Virus record (IMG/VR): IMGVR_UViG_3300042516_003202
Origin: a virus
Length of the DNA: 64,000 nt
Reading direction: 5' to 3' (one strand)
The notes under the pieces are model-generated. The model saw only the letters and a list, made by a program, of their open reading frames with translations. It searched no databases and was not told where the DNA came from. This document shows positions 1 through 6,380 of the stretch, in pieces. Each line of letters opens with the position of its first letter. Position 1 is the stretch's first letter. A program made the translations under genes and the position numbers.

Positions 1-36
1 TTTTGAGCGGGATGCTTCACCCCCGCTGATGTGATC

Positions 37-95
37 AGTATGGCACGGGTTGGGGGTGGGGTCAACCCCCTGTGTGCCACCTTGCCAACTGGTCT
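37..95 (-). promoter_or_regulatory. Palindrome + sigma70 early-type promoter cassette
   Basis: GTGCCACCT-TGCC-AACTGGTCT at 74-95; -35 TTGACC and -10 CATACT (37-42) on minus strand, 31 bp from palindrome. Confidence 0.7.
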
Positions 96-100
96 ACCGC

Positions 101-280
101 TCAGTTTGTATACACTACGTCTGCGTAGTTGTTGTCTAGCATCGCTGCAGCGTAGAGTTTAGGATTGAGATGATAATAGCCGCTGTTCAGTTCAATCCAG
201 AACGCAGGCATTTCATTCTCACGCCACCAGTAAAGTGCGTCTTTGAAACTATCGAATCCGCAGTTGAGTAGAGCGAACAT
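101..280 (-). CDS. Small hypothetical phage protein
   Basis: ORF track (MFALLNCG...), part of a stop/start-overlapping chain. Confidence 0.75.
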   Translation of the reverse strand: MFALLNCGFDSFKDALYWWRENEMPAFWIELNSGYYHLNPKLYAAAMLDNNYADVVYTN

Positions 281-453
281 CAACCCTCCAGCAGTTCGGG
301 ATAGTATTCCTTAACCTCCTCGGTCAATTCTTCATCCGAATACTTGTCATAACCCTCGCTCAGGTAGTCGTAGCAGAGCATGGTCATCGTCTTGAGGTCC
401 ATGTCATCCAGCATCTGCTGGATGAGTTGCTCCTGGAGTTCAGTGCGGTTCAT
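280..453 (-). CDS. Small acidic hypothetical protein (57 aa, below track cutoff)
   Basis: Hand translation MNRTELQEQLIQQMLDDMDLK...YYPELLEG; abuts neighbours. Confidence 0.8.
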   Translation of the reverse strand: MNRTELQEQLIQQMLDDMDLKTMTMLCYDYLSEGYDKYSDEELTEEVKEYYPELLEG

Positions 454-605
454 TTCAGAAGTTGGGTGAAGTTGTCGACGATAATTTGGCAGGCAAGATC
501 TTGAACCTCAGAGAGGTAATCTGCCTCACCGAACTGTGACTCTAGCAGGGAGATCAGATCCTCTTGGATTTGTTCACGAACTGAAATAATGTCAGTTTGG
601 GTCAT
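450..605 (-). CDS. Small acidic hypothetical protein (51 aa)
   Basis: Hand translation MTQTDIISVREQIQEDL...; ATGA overlap with the next gene. Confidence 0.75.
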   Translation of the reverse strand: MTQTDIISVREQIQEDLISLLESQFGEADYLSEVQDLACQIIVDNFTQLLK

Positions 606-871
606 CAGTTTGCGTAGATGGACATGTTTTTACGCATACGAATGTAGTCATCAATCATCTCACCAACTTGTTCGTAAATGTAGGAAGAACCGCCTACATC
701 ACAGAGAACATCTTCAGTGAGAACTTTAGAGAAACGCACTTCATTATCGTTAGCATCGAACTCAAAAACATCCTCTCCAGTATATACAAACGCAGCACAA
801 CCTGCGTCCTCACCTTGTTGCTCAATCAGTTTGTCGATTGAGTTACGAAGTTCAGAAAGAGTGCGGTACAT
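605..871 (-). CDS. Hypothetical protein
   Basis: ORF track; coupled to neighbours. Confidence 0.8.
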   Translation of the reverse strand: MYRTLSELRNSIDKLIEQQGEDAGCAAFVYTGEDVFEFDANDNEVRFSKVLTEDVLCDVGGSSYIYEQVGEMIDDYIRMRKNMSIYAN

Positions 872-1035
872 CAGTCGTTGGTGGGGTGATTGACAATTTG
901 ATCTTCAATTTGGTTGGCAAGATCTTCCAACCACTCACGATCTTCGTCGTCTTCATACTGTGCATTCTCACGAACAAATCGCATGAGAAACTCAATCTGT
1001 TCGTCAGTGAAATGATACTCTTTGAGTTCAGTCAT
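871..1035 (-). CDS. Small acidic hypothetical protein (54 aa)
   Basis: Hand translation MTELKEYHFTDEQIEFL... Confidence 0.75.
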   Translation of the reverse strand: MTELKEYHFTDEQIEFLMRFVRENAQYEDDEDREWLEDLANQIEDQIVNHPTND

Positions 1036-1181
1036 CATACCTCATCCCGCATTTCAGAGATCTTGTCATAGAGTTGCTCAACGTCAACGTCAAGGTGCTC
1101 GCTCAACATGCACCAGTCGTGCATCTCCATGATCGCCAGGATGGCGTCGAGTTCTTCAAAGGTGAGGGTGGTAAGTGTCAT
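1035..1181 (-). CDS. Small acidic hypothetical protein (48 aa)
   Basis: Hand translation MTLTTLTFEELDAILAIMEMHDW... Confidence 0.7.
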   Translation of the reverse strand: MTLTTLTFEELDAILAIMEMHDWCMLSEHLDVDVEQLYDKISEMRDEV

Positions 1182-1183
1182 GA

Positions 1184-1312
1184 TCAGTAGTCGTAGTTGC
1201 TGTTAAGAAACTGGTTGAAGGATTGCTCCTCGTTGTCATCCTCCTCATAGAGATCTTCAATGTCATAGATCTCACCAGGAGCATCTTGAATCTCAAGCAG
1301 ATAGGTGTCCAT
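1184..1312 (-). CDS. Very acidic microprotein (42 aa)
   Basis: Hand translation MDTYLLEIQDAPGEIYDIEDLYEEDDNEEQSFNQFLNSNYDY. Confidence 0.7.
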   Translation of the reverse strand: MDTYLLEIQDAPGEIYDIEDLYEEDDNEEQSFNQFLNSNYDY

Positions 1313-1379
1313 GGGTTTGGTGGTGAACTTGTTCAGTATAGGGGGTGTGTGGGGCGCTGGGCGCCCCGTGTGTGCCGCT

Positions 1380-1715
1380 TTACTGATTGGTCAGGGCACC
1401 CTGCTCGTTGAGCACACCCCAGGCAATGCCGCTGCTATACAAACCGATGTAGCGGTTGCCAACACTCAACCCAACGATTTCATCGCCTGGTTCACCGATA
1501 AAGTTGACACCAAGGTAGAAGAATTGGGTGATCATTTCAGGGGTTTGGAACTTCATGGTCTGGATCTTCTCCCAGAGGATAGTAGCAACAACGTAAATCA
1601 CTGCTGCCACGGTGAGAACAACAGTCCGCACGTTGGCATAGAGTTTCTGATAATCAACCTGCGCAAGGAAGGCGATCAGGTCGTCGGTGGGGGGGAAGGA
1701 TTTGGTGAGGTTCAT
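1380..1715 (-). CDS. Hypothetical membrane protein
   Basis: Track ORF 1380..1808; likely start MNLTKSF (1715) downstream of promoter -10 at 1767-1772; one hydrophobic segment. Confidence 0.7.
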   Translation of the reverse strand: MNLTKSFPPTDDLIAFLAQVDYQKLYANVRTVVLTVAAVIYVVATILWEKIQTMKFQTPEMITQFFYLGVNFIGEPGDEIVGLSVGNRYIGLYSSGIAWGVLNEQGALTNQ

Positions 1716-1864
1716 GTCAAGAATGGGGCAGTTGGGGATGTGTAGAGGTGTCCCAACCACGAGATCAGTATGGCACGCCAGGGGCACCAGCACAACCCCC
1801 TGCAACATTCCTTAACATCAGCACCGCTTATCAGTCTCATCAGCAACTCTAATGTCCCAGGGGC

Positions 1865-1893
1865 TTGACACATCCTGTAATCTTGACTAGAAT
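1865..1893 (+). promoter_or_regulatory. Consensus sigma70 promoter with no credible downstream ORF
   Basis: TTGACA-17 bp-TAGAAT. Confidence 0.65.
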
Positions 1894-2088
1894 ACCTTTG
1901 CTAGGGTTGATGACAATAATATAAAGCTTAATATTAATACTTTAAAGAGATGTGTTAACATACCCCGCAGGGGTATGAGTTATGTACACATAAGCACGTT
2001 AGATGGTGTGGGAAGGGGTGAGTGGGGTGAAGCACGATTCTTGCACTATAAGACGACTAGAGTAAGGTATAACAATTGCTTTTTATGC

Positions 2089-2122
2089 AAAGAAAAAAGG
2101 CAGGGACACCACTCCCTGCCTT
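2089..2122 (-). terminator. Intrinsic terminator downstream of tRNA-Leu
   Basis: 10-bp stem AAGGCAGGGA/TCCCTGCCTT followed on the minus strand by a T-run. Confidence 0.7.
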
Positions 2123-2199
2123 CGTTACCCACTCACCTATGTTTTATGGTATATTACCTCTCTCGCGTGTATGGGTGACGATGATCTCAAATCACCCAA

Positions 2200-2284
2200 T
2201 AGGAGCAGGGAGACTTGAACTCCCACGGGCGTTATGCCCAACAGATTTTAAGTCTGGTGTGTCTACCGATTCCACCATGCTCCC
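2200..2284 (-). tRNA. tRNA-Leu (anticodon TAA)
   Basis: Reverse complement folds into a cloverleaf: GGGAGCA/TGCTCCT acceptor, GGTAGAC D-loop, CTTAAAA anticodon loop, long variable arm, GTTCAAGTC T-loop; no encoded CCA. Confidence 0.95.
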
Positions 2285-2294
2285 TTATGTGTAT

Positions 2295-2323
2295 AGTATA
2301 CGATATCTCGTGATGATTGTCAA
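2295..2323 (-). promoter_or_regulatory. sigma70 promoter for tRNA-Leu
   Basis: TTGACA-17-TATACT directly upstream of the tRNA. Confidence 0.75.
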
Positions 2324-2430
2324 GTGCTTGTCAATCTCGTAGAGATATGATATACTATGATATGCATGATCTCGTAGAGATGTGTATAAGATACGTGTGC
2401 ATCTCGTACACATCTCGCACGCGATCTCGT
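2305..2430 (+). repeat. ATCTCGT heptamer cluster 1
   Basis: Exact copies at 2305, 2334, 2369, 2401, 2424 plus a variant at 2412, all same strand. Confidence 0.85.
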
Positions 2431-2432
2431 AG

Positions 2433-2903
2433 TTACCAATGTTTGTCAAACACGAACCCGTCCACGAACTCGTAGTCATAACGAAGTCCCTGGTCCCAGG
2501 TTGCTTGCCAATCAACTACAACGAACGCAGGAATGTCCAGTGCATAGCAGTCAGTGGTAGTCTGCTCTGCAAAGTCTGCCTCCGATTGATAATGCCCCCG
2601 ATAGGCATCTCCAAAGTACTCCAGATCACTTTCTTCCCAGATAGACAAGAATGCTTCTACAGCATCCTGACTATACAAACCACACAGGCGATCGTAGATT
2701 TCCTGATACTCCTCGGAGATTTCAGGTTCGGGGACCTTAGTCAGCAAACCCTTTGCATTCAACAGTTCTACGTAGAACATGGTGAACTTGAGTTTGCCGT
2801 CGATCTCATAACCACATGCCCGAACGATATCAGACATCTTGGCAGGCGGTTCTTGTGCCTGCATTTCAGTCACTTTAGAAACGAGAGCGGTGCCAGTCAG
2901 CAT
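2433..2903 (-). CDS. cyAbrB-N-like domain fused to ArdA-like antirestriction C-terminal domain
   Basis: N-term LTGTALVSKV...IVRACGY...FTMFYVELLNAKG resembles the cyanobacterial AbrB N-domain; acidic C-term AYRGHYQSEADFAEQ...DWQATW...DYEFVDGFVF resembles ArdA; start MLTG follows promoter. Confidence 0.6.
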   Translation of the reverse strand: MLTGTALVSKVTEMQAQEPPAKMSDIVRACGYEIDGKLKFTMFYVELLNAKGLLTKVPEPEISEEYQEIYDRLCGLYSQDAVEAFLSIWEESDLEYFGDAYRGHYQSEADFAEQTTTDCYALDIPAFVVVDWQATWDQGLRYDYEFVDGFVFDKHW

Positions 2904-2928
2904 GGGGATGTCCCTCAGGTACGAATGT

Positions 2929-2987
2929 AATGTAGCAGGGTTTGAGGTGCTTGTAAAGCACCGAGGTGCCAGTTCAGAAGGCGTCAC
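2929..2987 (-). promoter_or_regulatory. Palindrome/hairpin/sigma70 cassette
   Basis: GTGCCAGTT-CAGA-AGGCGTCAC at 2966; hairpin GGTGCTT/AAGCACC; TTTACA-17-TACATT. Confidence 0.8.
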
Positions 2988-3154
2988 ACATCATAGCAGA
3001 TGTTGGCACGCTTCATCTCACCATACCATGCCATGTTAACGTCGTCCATGATGGACTTGAGAGACATGCAGAAATTAGCATGTTCTGCCTGGGAATTCAT
3101 GAGTTCCGTGCGGTGCTCATGACGCTCAACGATCTTGGTGTTGTAGTAGTTCAT
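2984..3154 (-). CDS. Small hypothetical protein (56 aa)
   Basis: Hand translation MNYYNTKIVERHEHR...; lies between two cassettes. Confidence 0.7.
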   Translation of the reverse strand: MNYYNTKIVERHEHRTELMNSQAEHANFCMSLKSIMDDVNMAWYGEMKRANICYDV

Positions 3155-3177
3155 GGGGGTGTTTCAGGAACGAATGT

Positions 3178-3236
3178 AATGTAGCAGGGTGCTGGGTAGA
3201 AGTCCAGCACCCTTGTGCCAGTTAGTTCACTGCCAC
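3178..3236 (-). promoter_or_regulatory. Palindrome/hairpin/sigma70 cassette
   Basis: GTGCCAGTT-AGTT-CACTGCCAC at 3215; 9-bp stem GGGTGCTGG/CCAGCACCC; -10 TACATT at 31 bp. Confidence 0.8.
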
Positions 3237-3377
3237 ACGCTCATAGTCCACATAGGCATGTGGAAACATTTCACTGTACTCATCCACAAGATCTTCTGCA
3301 TGTTCCTTTGTTTTTGAAACGGACAGGAGTTTGCGACCACTAATTTCATCCCAGGAAAGCATGAAAACGTGATACAT
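3222..3377 (-). CDS. Small hypothetical protein
   Basis: Track ORF 3222..3461; likely start MYHVFML after the promoter. Confidence 0.65.
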   Translation of the reverse strand: MYHVFMLSWDEISGRKLLSVSKTKEHAEDLVDEYSEMFPHAYVDYERVAVN

Positions 3378-3402
3378 CGGAGAATTCCTCAGGAACGAAT
3401 GT

Positions 3403-3461
3403 AATATAACCCCCCAGCACCAGAAGCGCAAGGGGGGTTGGTCCAGTCTCACACCTGGCAC
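3403..3461 (-). promoter_or_regulatory. Palindrome/sigma70 cassette
   Basis: GGTCCAGTC-TCAC-ACCTGGCAC at 3440; -10 TATATT at 31 bp; same ACATTCGTTCCTGA leader as the 3178 copy. Confidence 0.75.
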
Positions 3462-3652
3462 AATTGCACAAGGCGGTTGCGAATATCAAACAACTCCATC
3501 TCATCCATATCTGCAGAATCAAGATCTACAGGGGCAAATTCTTCAAGATTAATATTGCCATCAGAATAGATGGGAGCATAGTACAACTCATCGCCATCTT
3601 CCTGGGAGAGAGTGTATACACAACCGTGATCAGGGTAGGTGATGAAAATCAT
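3449..3652 (-). CDS. Small acidic hypothetical protein
   Basis: Track ORF 3449..3712; likely start MIFITYPDHGC. Confidence 0.7.
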   Translation of the reverse strand: MIFITYPDHGCVYTLSQEDGDELYYAPIYSDGNINLEEFAPVDLDSADMDEMELFDIRNRLVQLCQV

Positions 3653-3676
3653 GGTGCCGTGGTGTTGAACGAAACC

Positions 3677-3772
3677 AACATAACGCCGATTTGGGGTGCT
3701 TTGGGGCAACATTAGACCAGTTCACAAAGCGGCACAAGACCTGCCCCAGGTGGCAGGGTGCTGTGGTATCTT
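3677..3772. promoter_or_regulatory. Possibly bidirectional cassette
   Basis: AGACCAGTT-CACA-AAGCGGCAC at 3714-3735 with -10-like boxes 31 bp away on both sides (TATGTT minus, TATCTT plus). Confidence 0.55.
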
Positions 3773-3892
3773 ATAAGGACAATCAGATGAGGGGAGGGGT
3801 ATCCCTGTGGACGACAATACATCGCCACTTTCCCTGCCTTGAAATAATTATATAACGCTACTGTTATACCATTATAGCATATTATAATGATT

Positions 3893-3914
3893 GTGCCAGT
3901 ATAAGAACTGGCAC
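3893..3914. promoter_or_regulatory. Near-perfect copy of the palindrome
   Basis: GTGCCAGTA-TAAG-AACTGGCAC; no -10 at canonical distance. Confidence 0.6.
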
Positions 3915-3919
3915 ATGTA

Positions 3920-4069
3920 TCAGAATGGATCTAGATCCTTTATGCTAGCATGGACTTCTTCATCACCCTCAAGATCTAGAAGATCTTTCCAGTTCATATC
4001 TTCTAGATCTAGATCATCATAACACTCAACGTATAGAGTGACACATACCTTGCGTTTTTGTGCGATCAT
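3920..4069 (-). CDS. Small acidic hypothetical protein (49 aa)
   Basis: Hand translation MIAQKRKVCVTLYVECYDDLDLEDMNWKDLLDLEGDEEV... Confidence 0.7.
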   Translation of the reverse strand: MIAQKRKVCVTLYVECYDDLDLEDMNWKDLLDLEGDEEVHASIKDLDPF

Positions 4070-4073
4070 GAGT

Positions 4074-4487
4074 ATCTCGTGCAATGTGTGTGTATTGTAT
4101 CATGCATAGTGGCGATATGCAAGATCTTGATAGTCTTGCCCATCTCGTGCATAATCGTCATCCTCGTGCAGATCTCGTGTATGATTCTCGTAGTACGAAT
4201 CCTCGTCGAGACTGCAATCGTTGCCATAGAAATCGATCTCGTAATCGTCGTACATAGTAGTTTGATGAACGCTTGTGTATTGTACCATGATCTCGTAGAG
4301 AGTGCAAGCCCCATAACGCTCGCCCAGATCTCGTACCAGATAATGATACTGTTATATATGCATATAATGCTTGAAATGTTATGAAACGCACATATCTCGT
4401 AAGTGTTGTATGATGATATAATCTCGTGCAGATCTCGTAGTATTATGATGTCTTATGAGTCTCGTAGCGATCTCGTGCGGATCTCGT
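4074..4487 (+). repeat. ATCTCGT heptamer cluster 2
   Basis: Exact copies at 4074, 4142, 4172, 4236, 4290, 4328, 4394, 4421, 4432, 4470, 4481 plus variants. Confidence 0.85.
4100..4288 (-). CDS. Asp/Tyr-rich microprotein
   Basis: ORF track; MYDDYEIDFY...; start uncertain. Confidence 0.6.
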   Translation of the reverse strand: MVQYTSVHQTTMYDDYEIDFYGNDCSLDEDSYYENHTRDLHEDDDYARDGQDYQDLAYRHYA

Positions 4488-4517
4488 AACAGTTTTATGG
4501 GGGCGGCGGGGTAAAAC

Positions 4518-4546
4518 TTGACAAACTGCGCGTGTTATGCTATGCT
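4518..4546 (+). promoter_or_regulatory. sigma70 promoter upstream of GIY-YIG gene
   Basis: TTGACA-17-TATGCT. Confidence 0.7.
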
Positions 4547-4560
4547 CGCCAACCTCACAA

Positions 4561-4660
4561 GACTCAGAAGGATTCAGAAGCATTCAGAAGGATTCAGAGG
4601 CATTTACAAGCATTCGGAGGCATTTACAAGCATTCAAACATATTTACACCCATTTAAAAC
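4561..4660 (+). repeat. Tandem degenerate 10-bp repeat (about 10 units)
   Basis: GACTCAGAAG/GATTCAGAAG/CATTCAGAAG/GATTCAGAGG/CATTTACAAG/CATTCGGAGG/CATTTACAAG... Confidence 0.85.
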
Positions 4661-4798
4661 CATATAACACTATCATTATATCACACAATAACAAATTTTT
4701 CTCAATATTGTCATTCTCACACATACGAAAAAGTCTCATAATTAGAATAGTATCCAATACACTATAACTAGTGTATAAAACACTATGCATTTAAACAC

Positions 4799-5548
4799 AT
4801 GGCAAGGGGTATTATCTACCTAATCACAAACAAAGAGAATGGATTAAAGTACGTGGGAAGCACTCTCTTACCCATGAACAAAGAATGGCAGGCACACATT
4901 CAATCAGCAAACAAAATGTCTCCTGAACCATTACACAGAGCATTTCGTCAATATGGAATACATCGTTTTACAATACAAGAACTAGATGAATGTGATGAAA
5001 GAGAATTGAATGAGAAAAGAGAACAGTGGATAAGACACTATGACTCTTATAATGGAGAGAACTATAACTATCGTGTCTTTGAAGAAGAAGAAGATGATGA
5101 AGAAGATTTAGTACCTATCATACCAGAAACAATTAATAAACCAAAGTATAGGCATACATTTAACAATCAAGATCGTAAAAACATTAAACGTACTGGACAT
5201 AAAGTACAAGGTAAGCATCTTGAAACTGGTGAGATCAAGATATGGGAATCGGCAGCACTAGCAGCAGAAGAAGTGACAGGTAATGCAAGAAAGAATTCAA
5301 ATATAATGACTTGTGCCCGTAACTGTTATAGATGTTATGGATATAAATGGTCAGTTGTTGAAGAACATAATAAGAAAAGATCTGTGTTTGGCATACACAA
5401 AAAAACGGAGAGATTAGGTCCCCGTTATGAGAGTATTACTGAAGCAATGAAAGCACTACGTGGCAATAGTGCTGGATTAGGTTTAATTAAAAGTTTGAAA
5501 CATCCTGGGCGATATAGTTATAGAGGATTCTATTGGTATTATGGTTGA
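4799..5548 (+). CDS. Free-standing GIY-YIG (Seg-like) endonuclease with NUMOD1-like C-terminal repeats
   Basis: GIIYLITNKENGLKYVGST, conserved R and E-N; acidic linker; two WESA/YESI-type modules. Confidence 0.85.
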   Translation: MARGIIYLITNKENGLKYVGSTLLPMNKEWQAHIQSANKMSPEPLHRAFRQYGIHRFTIQELDECDERELNEKREQWIRHYDSYNGENYNYRVFEEEEDDEEDLVPIIPETINKPKYRHTFNNQDRKNIKRTGHKVQGKHLETGEIKIWESAALAAEEVTGNARKNSNIMTCARNCYRCYGYKWSVVEEHNKKRSVFGIHKKTERLGPRYESITEAMKALRGNSAGLGLIKSLKHPGRYSYRGFYWYYG

Positions 5549-5793
5549 ACCCATTTATCAAGAGGACATTTGGCAGCAGTGTAAATAACTTTATTTTCTA
5601 AAAAGCATCCGCAATTCTTACATCTAATAGACTCTGCATGATACTCTGGGCATGAGCGACATATGGATAATCTACGATCTTTTTCTTCATCAGTTGCAAA
5701 TATCTCATTACCTGAGATAGCATCCATAATTGCATCTTGAATTAATGAAACTAAATTATTTGCTTGTTCTGGTATAGATGGAAATTCGCTCAT
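5539..5793 (-). CDS. Cys-rich small protein, paralog 3
   Basis: RLSICRSC..RCKNCGCFL..KCPLDKW; start MSEFPS. Confidence 0.8.
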   Translation of the reverse strand: MSEFPSIPEQANNLVSLIQDAIMDAISGNEIFATDEEKDRRLSICRSCPEYHAESIRCKNCGCFLENKVIYTAAKCPLDKWVQP

Positions 5794-5794
5794 G

Positions 5795-6043
5795 TTACCA
5801 TTTATCAATTGGGCATTTTGATTGTTGAATTTTAACTTTGTGCTTAAGAAAGCAACCACACTGTTTACAACGTTTGCTTGTTTTAGCAAAGTGCTCACAT
5901 CGTTGACAATGATACATTCTTTCTTTTTGCAATTCTTCAGATGCAAGAATTGGTTGATCAGACATAATCACATCCTTTGCAAGATTTGCCAGGTTTTTTG
6001 CCTGATCAAATAATGAAGGAAATTCAGTCGGTGACTGGGACAT
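5795..6043 (-). CDS. Cys-rich small protein, paralog 2
   Basis: RMYHCQRC..RCKQCGCFL..KCPIDKW; start MSQSPT. Confidence 0.8.
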   Translation of the reverse strand: MSQSPTEFPSLFDQAKNLANLAKDVIMSDQPILASEELQKERMYHCQRCEHFAKTSKRCKQCGCFLKHKVKIQQSKCPIDKW

Positions 6044-6353
6044 GATTTTCAATTTTCTCAAGTAATTCTTTTGCTCCAGATAACCAACCTTCTTTATCTG
6101 CACCCCAGCGATCAATTGGACATGATTCGCCAGTATCTTCTGTTTTATTTGGAAGATAGCATCCACAACGCTTACAATCTAATCGTTTTGGATCAAATTG
6201 ATCACATCCTCTACAAATTTCCATACGCTTTTCTGCTGTTTCTGGGGAAACTGCAAAGTTAATTGATCCGGGTGATGCAATTTTTGAGTGATCAGTAAAA
6301 TATAAATTGAATTCCCAAAAAAGATCAAGCAATTTTTCTTTATCGTAAGTCAT
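6024..6353 (-). CDS. Cys-rich small protein, paralog 1
   Basis: RMEICRGC..DCKRCGCYL..SCPIDRW. Confidence 0.8.
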   Translation of the reverse strand: MTYDKEKLLDLFWEFNLYFTDHSKIASPGSINFAVSPETAEKRMEICRGCDQFDPKRLDCKRCGCYLPNKTEDTGESCPIDRWGADKEGWLSGAKELLEKIENHVPVTD

Positions 6354-6380
6354 AGTTTTTTCAAGATTTTTGAATATTTA

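Noticed and set aside
1795-1855. NtcA box or dif-like site upstream of the 1767 promoter
   Set aside because: No GTA-N8-TAC or XerC/D consensus match; the ATCAG repeats are too short to call
4561-4660. CRISPR array
   Set aside because: Contiguous 10-bp units without unique spacers; no cas genes
4537-4767. 76-aa plus-strand ORF over the decamer repeats
   Set aside because: Its TTG start lies inside the promoter, and the 10-bp period is not codon-compatible; treated as non-coding leader
5795-6166. Large overlaps among the Cys-rich ORFs suggesting overprinting or frameshifting
   Set aside because: They largely disappear when starts are moved to MSEFPS (5793) and MSQSPT (6043)
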